NCBI GenBank assembly: GCA_045561295.1
Contig: JBJKYD010000010.1
Coordinates: 1-64,000 of the forward strand
DNA: 64,000 bases
Direction: 5' to 3'
Source: Gammaproteobacteria bacterium
GTDB taxonomy: Bacteria; Pseudomonadota; Gammaproteobacteria; GCA-002705445; GCA-002716945
Shown: positions 63,954 to 64,000 of the stretch, one piece after another
How the letters are laid out: each line of letters starts with the position of its first letter
Position numbering within the stretch: position 1 is the stretch's first letter
Notes under the pieces: generated by a model
Seen by the model: only the letters and a program-made list of their open reading frames with translations
Told to the model about the DNA's origin: nothing
Database searches by the model: none
Translations under genes and position numbers: made by a program

Positions 63954-64000
63954 GCATAATTATTAAAGGGTTAAGTGTATCCACAGGCATATGCATAGGA
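63950..64000 (+). CDS. ptsI: Probable PTS enzyme I, N-terminal 17 codons (runs off the window)
   Basis: ATGA overlap with ptsH; MSIIIKGLSVSTGICIG fits the enzyme I N-terminal pattern. Confidence 0.65.
   Translation, partial: MSIIIKGLSVSTGICIG

Overview
This is a very AT-rich (roughly 30% GC by eye), tightly packed core-chromosome segment. Gene order points to a streamlined gammaproteobacterium (inferred; a marine oligotroph is plausible but not provable here). Left to right: dinB-lexA, a three-gene surface-polysaccharide islet (VanZ, deacetylase, formyltransferase), guaAB/xseA, dksA, the tRNA-fMet-rimP-nusA-infB-rbfA-truB-rpsO-pnp operon, a complete 14-gene nuoA-N cluster, rlmE-ftsH-(phage-like nuclease)-folP-glmM-tpiA-secG-tRNA-Leu, tpx and a DAACS symporter, carAB, petABC-sspA-rsmI, degS, murA-hisG-aroG-hisD, MMPL/mlaC/mlaA, and yrbG-kdsD-kdsC-lptC(A)-lptB-rpoN-ptsN-EIIA-ptsH-ptsI(partial). 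I saw no IS, prophage, CRISPR array or rRNA. Four genes (dinB, vanZ, pnp, nusA) each carry one extra base, most likely sequencing error. The best leads are: (1) a single gene that appears to fuse LptC to the C-terminal strands of LptA, a possible one-piece LPS bridge; (2) mlaC/mlaA beside an MMPL/RND transporter where mlaFEDB normally sits; (3) a lexA-dinB cassette with an alphaproteobacterial-style GAAC-N7-GAAC operator; (4) repeated leaderless-promoter geometry; (5) a candidate attenuator upstream of carA. All assignments come from motif recognition by eye; no searches were run.
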